From Candidatus Multivorans sp. (GTDB lineage: Bacteria > Acidobacteriota > Thermoanaerobaculia > Multivoradales > Multivoraceae): a DNA stretch of 64,000 nt. Shown piece by piece: positions 41,836 to 51,524 of the stretch. The notes under the pieces were generated by a model, which was not told where the DNA came from, did not search any database, and saw only the letters and a list, made by a program, of their open reading frames with translations. Both the position numbers and the translations under genes were made by a program. The DNA is taken from NCBI GenBank assembly GCA_965247095.1, contig OZ251997.1:992001-1056000 (forward strand), read 5' to 3'. Position 1 is the first letter of the stretch; each line of letters starts with the position of its first letter.

Positions 41836-42909
41836 ATGACGGCGATCAGCAGCCTCACGATCGAGGGGTTCAAGAGCTTCCGGAACCTGGAGCGGCTCGA
41901 ACTCGGTTCCCTGAACGTCCTGATCGGGGCCAACGGGTCAGGGAAGTCGAACTTGATCGCCGCATTCGCACTGCTCGCCAAGACGTGCAGCGCTCAGCAG
42001 CTCTCCGACCACGTCCAGTGGGCTGGCGGCGCCGGCCGCCTCCTTCACTACGGGGCCAAGGCAACGCAGAGCATCCGGTTTGAGGTCAGGTTCGAGGATG
42101 GACAGGCCGATTTCACGCTTCTTCTGCGGTACGGCGCCGAGGATCGGCTCTTCTCCAATCTTCGGGTTGAGACGGGCGCGTTGCCACCGAACTTCGCCGA
42201 ACAGTTCGAACCGCAGTCGGGTCTCGTCCCCGCATCCGAGTTCCTCAGCCTGAGACTGGCAGGCTGGCAGGCGTATCACTTCGCTGACACGACTCCTGAA
42301 TCGGGCGTAAAGGGAACGCCGAACCTGGACGACAACCGGCGCTTGCGGTCCGACGGCGCCAACCTCGCCGCGTTCCTGTACCTCCTGCAGGTGAGGCACA
42401 AGAGCGCCTACGTCCAGATCCGCCGCACGGTCCAGTTGGCGGCCCCCTTCTTCGATGATTTCGTTCTCGCGCCGCGGTCGCTGAACCCCGACACGATCCA
42501 ACTCGAGTGGCGGCATCGTCGCTCGGAAGCCCACTTTGGCGCTTCCGCGCTGTCGGACGGCACCCTGCGGTTCATGGCGCTTGCGACGCTGCTCCTGCAG
42601 CCCGTCGAGATGCGGCCCAAGCTGATCCTGATCGACGAGCCGGAGCTGGGGCTGCACCCTTACGCGATCGGGCTTCTCGCTTCGATGGTCCGTAGCGCTT
42701 CCGTCGACACCCAAGTCATCGTGGCGACGCAGTCTCCGATCCTGCTCGACTACTTCGAGCCCGAGGAGGTCCTGGTAGCCGAGAGAAAGGGCAAAGAGAC
42801 GAAGCTGAGGCGTCTTGAGGCGGCGCCGCTCAGCGTCTGGCTTGAGGACTACAGCCTGGGCCAGCTCTGGGAAAAGAACGAACTCGGCGGTCGGCCGGGA
42901 AGCGAGTAG
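41836..42909 (+). CDS. ABC/AAA_21-type ATPase
   Basis: GFKS, GANGSGKSN, LSDGTLRF, IDEPELGLHP, ATQSP. Confidence 0.92.
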   Translation: MTAISSLTIEGFKSFRNLERLELGSLNVLIGANGSGKSNLIAAFALLAKTCSAQQLSDHVQWAGGAGRLLHYGAKATQSIRFEVRFEDGQADFTLLLRYGAEDRLFSNLRVETGALPPNFAEQFEPQSGLVPASEFLSLRLAGWQAYHFADTTPESGVKGTPNLDDNRRLRSDGANLAAFLYLLQVRHKSAYVQIRRTVQLAAPFFDDFVLAPRSLNPDTIQLEWRHRRSEAHFGASALSDGTLRFMALATLLLQPVEMRPKLILIDEPELGLHPYAIGLLASMVRSASVDTQVIVATQSPILLDYFEPEEVLVAERKGKETKLRRLEAAPLSVWLEDYSLGQLWEKNELGGRPGSE

Positions 42910-43610
42910 TGGCGAGACTGCTGCTTCACGTGGAGGGCCAGACCGAAGAGGACTTCGCGAACAAACTCCTTCGCGACCATCTGGTCTCACAGGGCTATTC
43001 CTCCGTCGGGGCAAGGCTGATGGGGCCGGCACGTCAGCGCGGGAGGAGGGGAGGCGTGCGTCCGTGGCCGAGCGCCTTGAAGGACATCTGCAAGCACCTG
43101 AAGCAGGATCCTCACTGCATCGCGGGAACGATGGTCGACTACTACGGGCTTCCCGCGGACGGTAGAGGAGCTTGGCCCGGGCGCTCGACAGCCTCCAGAA
43201 AGGTTCGGACGACCGCGGCCAGAGCGGACACAGTGGAGCGAGCCTTGGCCGACGCCGTGTCCGAGGCCATGGGAAGCGGCTTCGACCAGCGGCGCTTCGT
43301 GCCCTACGTGATGATGCACGAGTTTGAGGCCATGCTCTTCAGCGACTGTTCCGGATTCGGGCTAGCCGTAGGACGACCGGACTTGACACGCGAACTGCGG
43401 AAGATACGAGACGCCTTCGAGAGCCCCGAGGACATCGACGACAGCCAGGAGACGGCGCCGTCGAAACGCATCCTGCGCCTACTTCCGAGCTACAACAAGC
43501 CGGTGATGGGCAACCAGGGAGTGCTCCAGATCGGCCTGGACACGATCCGTCGCGAGTGCCCCCACCTGAGCGCATGGCTGCGCTGCCTGGAGGAACTGGG
43601 GCGAGGCTAG
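42909..43610 (+). CDS. DUF4276 family protein (TOPRIM-like)
   Basis: VEGQTEE, TMVDYYGLP, PYVMMHEFEAMLFSD, PEDIDD, PSKRI, IRRECPH; 1-nt overlap with ATPase. Confidence 0.85.
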   Translation: MARLLLHVEGQTEEDFANKLLRDHLVSQGYSSVGARLMGPARQRGRRGGVRPWPSALKDICKHLKQDPHCIAGTMVDYYGLPADGRGAWPGRSTASRKVRTTAARADTVERALADAVSEAMGSGFDQRRFVPYVMMHEFEAMLFSDCSGFGLAVGRPDLTRELRKIRDAFESPEDIDDSQETAPSKRILRLLPSYNKPVMGNQGVLQIGLDTIRRECPHLSAWLRCLEELGRG

Positions 43611-43703
43611 GGTCTTCCGTCGCGGTGCGCTTCGGATCGCCTACGGGCTCACAGACCGTCTGGGGCACCTGCGGCGCCACAAGCAGGCCGCGGGTGTCGA
43701 ACG

Positions 43704-43735
43704 CCGGATGCGGGCAAGATGCCCGCGTTCCCAGG
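43704..43735 (-). repeat. 32-bp REP-like repeat (right flank of island, inverted)
   Basis: Reverse complement CCTGGGAACGCGGGCATCTTGCCCGCATCCGG, 2 mismatches to the 27845 copy. Confidence 0.8.
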
Positions 43736-43865
43736 ATTCGAGTGCGCCAAGTCGTCCTGCCGTACAAGCTCGTGGGCTGGAGTGACGTAGACTCCCGCCG
43801 CCCCGCCACCCGCGAAGGAAGCGCCGGGCCTGGTCCGCGCACACTTCCTCGACAGGAGATTCTTG

Positions 43866-44291
43866 ATGGCACTCAGCACCTACCTGACCTTCGACGGCAA
43901 CTGCCGGGACGCGTTCGAGTTCTACCGCTCCGTGTTCGGCGGCGAGTACCAGGTCTTCACGACCTTCGGCGAAGGGCCGGACGACATGGGGGTGGGAGAC
44001 GACGAGAAGGATCGCGTCATGCACGTCTCCCTGCCGGTCGGCGACTGCGTCCTCATGGGGAGCGACAGCAGCCCGCACTTTGGGCCGCCGCTTCAGGTCG
44101 GCAACAACTTCTCGATCTCGGTCGCGGCGGAGAGCCGGGAGCACGCCGACACGCTCCACGCCGGGCTGTCGGAGGGAGGCGTGGCGGCCATGCCGATGGA
44201 GGAGACGTTCTGGGGCTCCTACTTCGGGATGTGCACCGACCGTTTCGGCATCAACTGGATGGTGTCGCACGAACTGGAACCGGCCCAATAG
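43866..44291 (+). CDS. VOC/PhnB-like glyoxalase family protein
   Basis: YLTFDGNCRDAFEFY, VMH, LMGSD, MPMEETFWG..FGMCTDRFGINW. Confidence 0.9.
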   Translation: MALSTYLTFDGNCRDAFEFYRSVFGGEYQVFTTFGEGPDDMGVGDDEKDRVMHVSLPVGDCVLMGSDSSPHFGPPLQVGNNFSISVAAESREHADTLHAGLSEGGVAAMPMEETFWGSYFGMCTDRFGINWMVSHELEPAQ

Positions 44292-44330
44292 ATCCCGGAA
44301 GGACGTAGATCTCAGGGAGGCCACCTCGTC

Positions 44331-45434
44331 ATGACCGCCATCTCGCCCCACGACGGCCCCGTCGCCGTCAGCGGCTGCTCCGGCTTCACCGGCGGCCACA
44401 TGGTTCGCGAACTCGTGATCCATGGCTACCAGGTGCGGGCCTGTCTCAGGGACGCGGATTCCTGGCGCGGCCGGGACTGCGTCGCGTACCTGAGCCGGCT
44501 GCCGAACGTGGAACTGGTAGACGGTTGCGACCTGTTCTCACCCGGGTCGTACGACGAGGCGTTCGCCGGTTGCTCGGCTGTGTTCCACGTCGCGGCGGTC
44601 CTCGGCAACTCGGCCGACGGCAAGTCCCAGCCGCTGGGCTCGGGCGATGTCGTGACGGACGTCTACGAGGGCGGCCTTGCCGGTACCCAGAACGTGATCG
44701 ACGCGATCAACCGGAGCGGTAGCGTGAAACGCCTCGTCTACACGAGTTCGATGGCAGCGGTCTCGGGTCTCCGAGCTCCGACGATGCCTGAGGGCTACGA
44801 GTGGACCGAGACGGATTGGGCTTCCGACAACGTGGCGCCCGAGGTCTGGCAGCACCGGCGGAACTCCTACGCCCGCAGCAAGGTGGACACCGAGCGGCTG
44901 CTCAACCGGGCCGCGGACGAGAGCGGCGGTCGCTGGGACGTGGTCACGATGAACCCGGCGATGATCTGCGGGCCTATCCTGTTCAAGGCCCAGGTCGGCC
45001 AGTGGATCGAGCAGATCGGCCGTCTGGCCGCGGGGCTGGAACCGTCCTGGCCGACGCCGTACGACATGTACTACAACATCATCGACGTGCGCGATCTGGT
45101 GAAGGCGGAGCGTCTGGCCGCCGAGTCGCCGGTGGATCACTCGGCCACCCATGGCGGCAGCCGCTACATCCTGCACGGTAGCGGCGGACGCTCGGCGCTG
45201 CGGTTGAGTACCGAAGTTGCCGACATCATCCGGGAGGCCTTCCCATCCTTCGTCGTCGGCGAGCCCGCGGTTTCGGAGAACGGCGGGCCACCCCGGCCGA
45301 AGACCGTCAACCACTGCCGGAAGGCCACGTCGGTCCTCGGCGCAACCGTCCGGCCGGTAGAGGACACGATCCAGGCGGTGGTGGAGACCTCGGTTGAGCT
45401 GGGCGTGATCACGCCGCAGTTGAGGGACGCCTGA
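44331..45434 (+). CDS. NAD-dependent epimerase/dehydratase (extended SDR)
   Basis: VSGCSGFTG, VFHVA, YTSS, YARSK. Confidence 0.87.
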   Translation: MTAISPHDGPVAVSGCSGFTGGHMVRELVIHGYQVRACLRDADSWRGRDCVAYLSRLPNVELVDGCDLFSPGSYDEAFAGCSAVFHVAAVLGNSADGKSQPLGSGDVVTDVYEGGLAGTQNVIDAINRSGSVKRLVYTSSMAAVSGLRAPTMPEGYEWTETDWASDNVAPEVWQHRRNSYARSKVDTERLLNRAADESGGRWDVVTMNPAMICGPILFKAQVGQWIEQIGRLAAGLEPSWPTPYDMYYNIIDVRDLVKAERLAAESPVDHSATHGGSRYILHGSGGRSALRLSTEVADIIREAFPSFVVGEPAVSENGGPPRPKTVNHCRKATSVLGATVRPVEDTIQAVVETSVELGVITPQLRDA

Positions 45435-45442
45435 TCCGGTTC

Positions 45443-46816
45443 GTGGGCTTCCGGCTGCTCGCTGCCAGGACGAGCGCCGCCTTCTACGGTGTGGCCCTGG
45501 CGACCTCGCCGACACTCCGCGCCGACGACCCGAACCCCGGGCGCAACCGGGTCGCGGTGGCGGAGAACCTGCCCGTAACGTGGGATGTCAGCTCCGGTGA
45601 GGGTGTCCTGTGGTCGGCCGAACTTGGCACCGTCACCTACGGCGGCCCCACGGTCGCCGGCGATCTGGTGGTCGTGGGAACGAACAACGAGCGACCGCGC
45701 GACCCGGAGGCGACGGGCGATCGGGGCGTCCTGATGGCCTTCGACCGTTCCTCTGGCAGCTTCCGGTGGCAGATCACCCACGAGAAGCTGGAGACCGGGG
45801 AGGCGAACGACTGGCCGTTGCAGGGCGTCTGCTCGACCCCGGCCTTCGACGGCGAACGGCTCTACTACGTCTCCAACCGGGGCCAACTCGCGGCGGTGGA
45901 CCTTGCGGGCGGCGCCGTCTGGTCGCTGGACATGGTGGCCGAGTGGGGTGTGTTCCCGAAGCACATGGCGGCCTCAACACCGCTTGGGGTGGGGGAACTC
46001 GTGTTCGCTGCGACCAGCAACGGGCTGACCGACGACGGGCGGGTTCCTGCCCCAGATGCGCCCAGCTTCGCTGCGGTGGAGCGGTCAAACGGCCGCCTCG
46101 TGTGGAGCGACGCGAGCCCCGGTGGCGGCCTGATCGACGGCCAGTGGGGGAGTCCGGCGCATGGCCGGGTGAGTGGCCGTGACCAGGTGATCTTTCCGGG
46201 AGGCGACGGCTGGCTCTATGCCTTCGATCCGGCGACGGGCCGCGCCCTGTGGCGCTTCGACGGCAACTCGGCCACGAGCGCTGACGACACCACGAGCACC
46301 GCGCGCGCCGCGAACCGCCACGCGTTCGTTGCAACGCCCGTCCTGCACGAGGACACGGTCTACATCGCGGTGGGCCGCGATCCGGAGGTATCCCTTCGCC
46401 CGGGCGTGCTGTGGGCAATCGACGCCGGCGGCAGCGGCGACGTCACCGCGAGCGGTGTCCGGTGGCGGTTCGAGGATCCGGACTTCGGGCGCGTGATCGC
46501 CACCGTGGCGGTTGCCGGCGGTGTTCTCTACGTGGCGGACTTGAACGGTTTCCTGTTCGCGCTCGACGCGGACACCGGCGAGAAGCTGTGGGTCTACGAC
46601 GCTCTGGCGCCGTTCTGGAGTTCTCCCCTGGTCGCGGACGGCAAGGTCTACGCGGCCGACACGGAGGGCGATGTGGCGGTCCTGCGCGGCGGCCGGACGC
46701 TCGACGTGCTTGCGGAGAACGTCATGCCACAGGCGGTCTACGGGTCGCCGGTGGCTGAAGGCTCGGTCCTGTACCTCGCAACCAGCGACACGCTCTACGC
46801 GCTTCAGACCCTTTGA
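45443..46816 (+). CDS. PQQ-like beta-propeller protein 1
   Basis: Trp-docking repeats (ALDADTGEKLW), NDWPLQGVCSTP, GGDGWLYAF; signal-like N-terminus. Confidence 0.85.
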   Translation: MGFRLLAARTSAAFYGVALATSPTLRADDPNPGRNRVAVAENLPVTWDVSSGEGVLWSAELGTVTYGGPTVAGDLVVVGTNNERPRDPEATGDRGVLMAFDRSSGSFRWQITHEKLETGEANDWPLQGVCSTPAFDGERLYYVSNRGQLAAVDLAGGAVWSLDMVAEWGVFPKHMAASTPLGVGELVFAATSNGLTDDGRVPAPDAPSFAAVERSNGRLVWSDASPGGGLIDGQWGSPAHGRVSGRDQVIFPGGDGWLYAFDPATGRALWRFDGNSATSADDTTSTARAANRHAFVATPVLHEDTVYIAVGRDPEVSLRPGVLWAIDAGGSGDVTASGVRWRFEDPDFGRVIATVAVAGGVLYVADLNGFLFALDADTGEKLWVYDALAPFWSSPLVADGKVYAADTEGDVAVLRGGRTLDVLAENVMPQAVYGSPVAEGSVLYLATSDTLYALQTL

Positions 46817-46931
46817 TACCGTTGCCGCCCTTCGGCGGCGCGGGTGCGGTGACCGGTCGTCGTGGCCGCATTCTCCTGTTCCTCCTTGGCAGCATTCCCA
46901 CACGTTCATTCGACCTACGGACTGGATCACC

Positions 46932-48371
46932 ATGAAGTCTCGACTTTCTCTTCTCCAGGCGCTCCTTCTCGCGGGGACGGCATCGGCGCCGATCGCGGCG
47001 GCTGAACCCGAGCCGCCGGCCATGTTCGGCAACACGCCTTCGCGGAACATGGTCTCCGACGCCAAGAACCTCCCGACGGAGTGGGATGTGCGGAGCGGCG
47101 AGAACATCGTGTGGCGGGCCAAGGTCGGCTCGCAGACGTACGCCGGCCCGGTGGTTCGTGACGGACGAGTGTTCGTCGGAACGAACAACGAAGGTCTTCG
47201 GCGCGGCGGCGTCGAGGGCGACAAGGGAGTCGTCATTGCTCTCGACAAGGCGACGGGCGCACTCCTGTGGCAGGCGACCCACGACAAGCTGGGGGCCGGC
47301 CGGGTCAACGACTGGCCGTTGCAGGGGGTGTGCTCCACGCCGTACATCGAGGACGAACGGGTCTACTACATCTCGAACCGCGCCACGGTCGTGGCCGTGG
47401 ACGTGGACGGCTTCCGCGACGGCAAGAACGACGGCATGACCGACGAGCAGTACCGCGAGGAACTCGACGCCGACATCGTGTGGGAGTACGACATGATCGC
47501 CGAGCTCGACGTGTTCCCGCACAACCTGGCCGCCGGTTCGCCCCTGGTCATCGGCGACCTGCTGTTCACGGTCACCGGCGCCGGGGTCGACGAGGGGCAT
47601 ATCAACCTCCCCTCGCCGGCGTCGCCGACCTTCATTGCGCTCGACAAGAACACCGGCGAACTGGTCTGGGAGAGCATCCTCGGCAGCGACGCGGTCCTGC
47701 ACGGATCCTGGTCGAACCCGGCGTACGGAGTCGTCGACGGACAGCGGCAGGTCGCCTTCCCAGGTGGCGACGGCTGGCTCTACACCTATGAGCCCGCGAC
47801 CGGCAAGCTGCTGTGGAAGTTCGACCTGAACCCCAAGGACTCGGTCTGGGAACTGGGGGGCGGAGGCACCCGCAACAACATCATCTCGACGCCGGTCTTC
47901 TACAACAACCGCTTCTACCTGGGCGTCGGTCAGGATCCCGAGCACGGTGAGGGACAGGGACACTTCTACGCCCTGGACGCGAACGTCGAAGGCGACGTGA
48001 CCGACAGCGCGGTCTTCTGGCACTTCGGCGGCGAGGAGTTCAACCGCACGATCTCGACCGCGGCCATCGCAGACGGTCTGCTCTACATCACCGACCTGAG
48101 CGGCTTCCTCTACGTACTCGATGTTGCGACGGGCGAGCACCTCTGGACCCACGACACGTTCGCCGCCGTGTGGGGCTCTCCCTTCGTGGCGGACGGCAAG
48201 GTCTATCTCGGTGACGAGGACGGGGACATCGTCGTGCTCGAGGCGGGTCGGGAAGAGAAGGTGATCGCCGAGCAGAACATGGGGTCGGCGGTGTACACGA
48301 CGCCGGTTGCCGAGGACGGCCGAATCTATGTGGCCACCCGCTCCGACGTGTTCGCCATCGGATCGAAGTAG
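46932..48371 (+). CDS. PQQ-like beta-propeller protein 2 (paralogue of 1)
   Basis: Signal peptide MKSRLSLLQALLLAGTASAPIAA; ALDKATGALLW, NDWPLQGVCSTP, GGDGWLY. Confidence 0.88.
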   Translation: MKSRLSLLQALLLAGTASAPIAAAEPEPPAMFGNTPSRNMVSDAKNLPTEWDVRSGENIVWRAKVGSQTYAGPVVRDGRVFVGTNNEGLRRGGVEGDKGVVIALDKATGALLWQATHDKLGAGRVNDWPLQGVCSTPYIEDERVYYISNRATVVAVDVDGFRDGKNDGMTDEQYREELDADIVWEYDMIAELDVFPHNLAAGSPLVIGDLLFTVTGAGVDEGHINLPSPASPTFIALDKNTGELVWESILGSDAVLHGSWSNPAYGVVDGQRQVAFPGGDGWLYTYEPATGKLLWKFDLNPKDSVWELGGGGTRNNIISTPVFYNNRFYLGVGQDPEHGEGQGHFYALDANVEGDVTDSAVFWHFGGEEFNRTISTAAIADGLLYITDLSGFLYVLDVATGEHLWTHDTFAAVWGSPFVADGKVYLGDEDGDIVVLEAGREEKVIAEQNMGSAVYTTPVAEDGRIYVATRSDVFAIGSK

Positions 48372-48391
48372 GGGGCCGCGCCGAAACAGCC

Positions 48392-49639
48392 GTGGGAATC
48401 AAGCGAGGGCAGCGACCGCTCGAAACGGAGGACTCCTGGAGCGTTGACACGGCGCCGGGTCGGGTTGTCTTCGGTGCGGGAGTGATCGACCTCATCGGTG
48501 ACCTCGTCCAAGAACTTGGCGGCGGTCGCGTGTTGGTGGTCACGGACCCGGGTGTAGCCGCGGCGGGTCATGTCCACCGCGCATCCGCTTCGTTGCGGCG
48601 CGCCGGTCTGGAAGTCGCCGTCTTCTACGGTGTCGAAGAGAATCCCGATGAGCGCCACGTCGCCGCCGCGGCCGGTGCTGCGCGGGCCCACCAGGCCACG
48701 TTCCTGGTCGGCCTGGGGGGCGGTTCGGCGATGGACTGCGCCAAGGGCGCGAACTTCGTCTTGACGAACGGCGGCCGGATGGAGGACTACTGGGGCTTCG
48801 GAAAGGCCACCAGACCGATGCTCCCCTCAATCGGCGTGCCGTGCACTGCGGGCACCGGCAGTGAGGCGCAGTCGTTTGCCGTCATCTCGCGCGAGGACGA
48901 CCATCGCAAGATGGCCTGCGGCGACCCGAAGGCCCGGTTCTTGACGACGATCCTTGATCCGGAATTGGCGCGCACCGCTCCTCCCCAGGTCATGGCCGCT
49001 GCGGGGCTCGACGCGTTTTCCCATGCCATGGAGAGTTTCGTTGCCACCGCCGCGAATCCGTACTCCCAGATGTTCTCCTCGGAGGGTTTCCGGCGTCTGC
49101 TGCGCGGATTCGAGGTCGTCGCCGCGGCCCAGGGCGCCAACCCAAGGGCGGCGGATTCGAAGTCGACCGGGACGGATTCAAGATTGGACGCGGAGATCAA
49201 CGATCTGTGGGGCGAGATGCTGCTCGGCGCACACCTGGCCGGCGCCGCGATCGAAGCGTCGATGCTGGGCGCGGCCCACGGCCTGGCGAATCCGCTGACG
49301 GCGCGCTACGGCATCACCCACGGCGTCGCCGTGGCCGTCGTGCTGGATCACGTCGTCCGCTTCAACGGCGAGACCGGCGACACGGGCTACACGGGGCTCC
49401 TTCGGTTTCTCGACGGGCAGGAGGACGAAGCCGATGGACCCGCGAGCGCGCGGCTTGCCGATTCCTGGGCCGGCCTCCGGGGCCGCGCGGGCGTAGCCGG
49501 CCGGCTGCGGGACCTGGGTGTCAGCGAAGGTGATCTCGAACTCCTGGCATCGCAGGCGTCGAAGCAGTGGACGGCGCAGTTCAATCCGCGCGCGGTCACC
49601 GCCTCCGATATGCTGAACCTCTACCAGGCGGCATTCTGA
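48392..49639 (+). CDS. Iron-containing (group III) alcohol dehydrogenase
   Basis: GLGGGSAMDCAK, TAGTGSE, DAFSHAME, GAAHG, HGVAV. Confidence 0.92.
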   Translation: MGIKRGQRPLETEDSWSVDTAPGRVVFGAGVIDLIGDLVQELGGGRVLVVTDPGVAAAGHVHRASASLRRAGLEVAVFYGVEENPDERHVAAAAGAARAHQATFLVGLGGGSAMDCAKGANFVLTNGGRMEDYWGFGKATRPMLPSIGVPCTAGTGSEAQSFAVISREDDHRKMACGDPKARFLTTILDPELARTAPPQVMAAAGLDAFSHAMESFVATAANPYSQMFSSEGFRRLLRGFEVVAAAQGANPRAADSKSTGTDSRLDAEINDLWGEMLLGAHLAGAAIEASMLGAAHGLANPLTARYGITHGVAVAVVLDHVVRFNGETGDTGYTGLLRFLDGQEDEADGPASARLADSWAGLRGRAGVAGRLRDLGVSEGDLELLASQASKQWTAQFNPRAVTASDMLNLYQAAF

Positions 49640-49787
49640 GGCCTGCGGCATCGCATTGGTCCAAAGCTCAAAGCCCCCGGTCCTCGCACCTGCCATGTTA
49701 GAAATCGTCCACCTTCGAGGTCGCCGGCAGCGCACACCGGGCGCGCCCGTGTCTGCGCGCCTGGGCGGGAACTTGATTCTGGCCACG

Positions 49788-50921
49788 ATGTTGTTGCTCG
49801 GCGGGCTGGCTGCTATAGGAGTTGGTGCGGCCGCCGACGGGGAGGACCAGGAACCCGCGACGCCGAACGGGCTGCTCAGGCCCGCCGCCGATGCCTGGCC
49901 GGTGTTTCGCGGCAACCTGCTGGGCACGGGTGTGGCGGGAACGACGCTGCCGGAGCAGCCGAAGCTGCTCTGGACCTTCGATACCGAGAGCGAGATCGAG
50001 AGTACGGCCGCGATCACGGGAGGCGTCGTCTTCTTCGGCGACTACGAGGGCCGCGTCTATGCCGTGACCCTCGCCGAGGGAAAGGAACTCTGGCGCTTCG
50101 ACGCGGAAACGCCGATCAAGGCCCCCCTCTCGGTCTTCGACGGCGTCGTCTACATCGGTGACGAGTACGGCCTCATTCACGCACTGGACGCCGAGACCGG
50201 TGAAGAGAACTGGCAGTTCGAGACGCTGGGCGAGATCTACGCCGGCGTGTCTCTGCACGGCGACCGTCTCCTCGTCGGCTCCTACGACAACTCCCTCTAC
50301 TGCCTGGACCGGGACAGCGGCGAGAAGCTGTGGCAGGTGGAGACGGAAGGCTACGTCCACGGCACGCCGGCGGTCGCCGGCGGGCTGACCACGGTCTCCG
50401 GTTGCGACGGCTTCATGTGGCTGATCGACATCGAGACCGGCGAGACGGTCCACAAGATCGACCTCCGAGGGCAGGCCGCCTCGAGCCCGGCGGTGGTCGA
50501 TGGACTTGCCTATGTCGGGACGTTCGAGAACGAAGTCCTGGGGATCGACCTGGAACGCCGGCAGGTCGTGTGGGGCTATGAGCACGAGGTCCGCAAGTTC
50601 CCGTACTACGGGTCGGCCGCCGCGGACGGCGAGATCGTGGTGATCGGCGGCCGCGACAAGATCGTGCATGCCCTGGACCCCGCGACCGGCGAGCGGAAGT
50701 GGCAGTGGAACAGCGGCGCGCGGCTCGACTCGTCGCCGGTGATCGTGGGCGACCGGGTGTTCCTGGGCTCGAAGCGCGGCCTGTTGCACGCGCTCGACAA
50801 GGCGACCGGGGCGCCGGTCTGGGAGTACGACACCGGTTCGGCGATCGTCGCCTCGCCGGCGGTGGCCTCGGGGCGCCTCGTGATCGGCGGCCTGGACGGC
50901 ATCCTGTACTGCTTCGGGTGA
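49788..50921 (+). CDS. PQQ-like beta-propeller protein 3
   Basis: WPVFRGN, regular repeats ALDAETGEENW / CLDRDSGEKLW / ALDKATGAPVW; signal-like start at 49788. Confidence 0.87.
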   Translation: MLLLGGLAAIGVGAAADGEDQEPATPNGLLRPAADAWPVFRGNLLGTGVAGTTLPEQPKLLWTFDTESEIESTAAITGGVVFFGDYEGRVYAVTLAEGKELWRFDAETPIKAPLSVFDGVVYIGDEYGLIHALDAETGEENWQFETLGEIYAGVSLHGDRLLVGSYDNSLYCLDRDSGEKLWQVETEGYVHGTPAVAGGLTTVSGCDGFMWLIDIETGETVHKIDLRGQAASSPAVVDGLAYVGTFENEVLGIDLERRQVVWGYEHEVRKFPYYGSAAADGEIVVIGGRDKIVHALDPATGERKWQWNSGARLDSSPVIVGDRVFLGSKRGLLHALDKATGAPVWEYDTGSAIVASPAVASGRLVIGGLDGILYCFG

Positions 50922-50930
50922 GGGGTAGAG

Positions 50931-51524
50931 GTGGCTCAAGCAGGCAATCGTCGGGCAAAGAAGAGAGCGACTAAGTCGCTGACAACCGGCGGTTTGCCGA
51001 CCCTGGCAGAGTTCGCCAACACCCGGACTATCGACCCGTGGCAGCTAACGGATCCCGACCTCTCCTATCGCGCCTCCTTAGCAGGTGTGACTAGGAGTGC
51101 GAGTTCTATCGACTTCCACTTCGCTCTGGCCTTGCCGATGGGCCGCATCATCAATGCCGTGTCGGTGAGACTGCCAAGGACGTATGAAGCTGACTTCGTG
51201 CAGTCGCTGGATGCGATCCGGGAGAGGCTAGCGCAGGCTTCCGAGCGAGGGACTCTGGAGACCCTGGAGCCCCTGGACTTAGGGCTGTTGAATGATCTCG
51301 ACGCCGACAGCTACACATGTAAGGCAGCGGACTTCTGTAGGGCTACAACGAACGACCACACAACAGTACTTGACTTCTTCTGGCTTCCGCCCGTACCCGA
51401 GGCTAGGATTCAGGCTCGACCTCAGGATAAGCTGAGGGTAGATAGTGTCTTGAGGGTGGTTCTGGACGCTTCCACCTTCAAGTGTTTGGTCGACGAACTA
51501 CAGGGCTCGGACGAGGACCAGTGA
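50931..51524 (+). CDS. Hypothetical protein, two internal DUF3467-like halves
   Basis: Intact 197-aa ORF with atypical codons; halves SIDFHF..AVSVRL and TVLDFF..VLRVVL. Confidence 0.55.
   Translation: MAQAGNRRAKKRATKSLTTGGLPTLAEFANTRTIDPWQLTDPDLSYRASLAGVTRSASSIDFHFALALPMGRIINAVSVRLPRTYEADFVQSLDAIRERLAQASERGTLETLEPLDLGLLNDLDADSYTCKAADFCRATTNDHTTVLDFFWLPPVPEARIQARPQDKLRVDSVLRVVLDASTFKCLVDELQGSDEDQ

Noticed and set aside
27949-43610. Integron cassette array or prophage/ICE as origin of the island
   Set aside because: No attC-like repeated sites, integrase, tRNA, phage or conjugation genes seen
43863-45434. VOC and SDR genes as part of the propeller cluster
   Set aside because: Co-oriented and close, but common stand-alone families; membership needs synteny data
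45443-50921. Calling the propellers bamB or xoxF/mxaF
   Set aside because: No clear lipobox or der/hisS context; too short and lacking the vicinal disulfide of quinoprotein alcohol dehydrogenases
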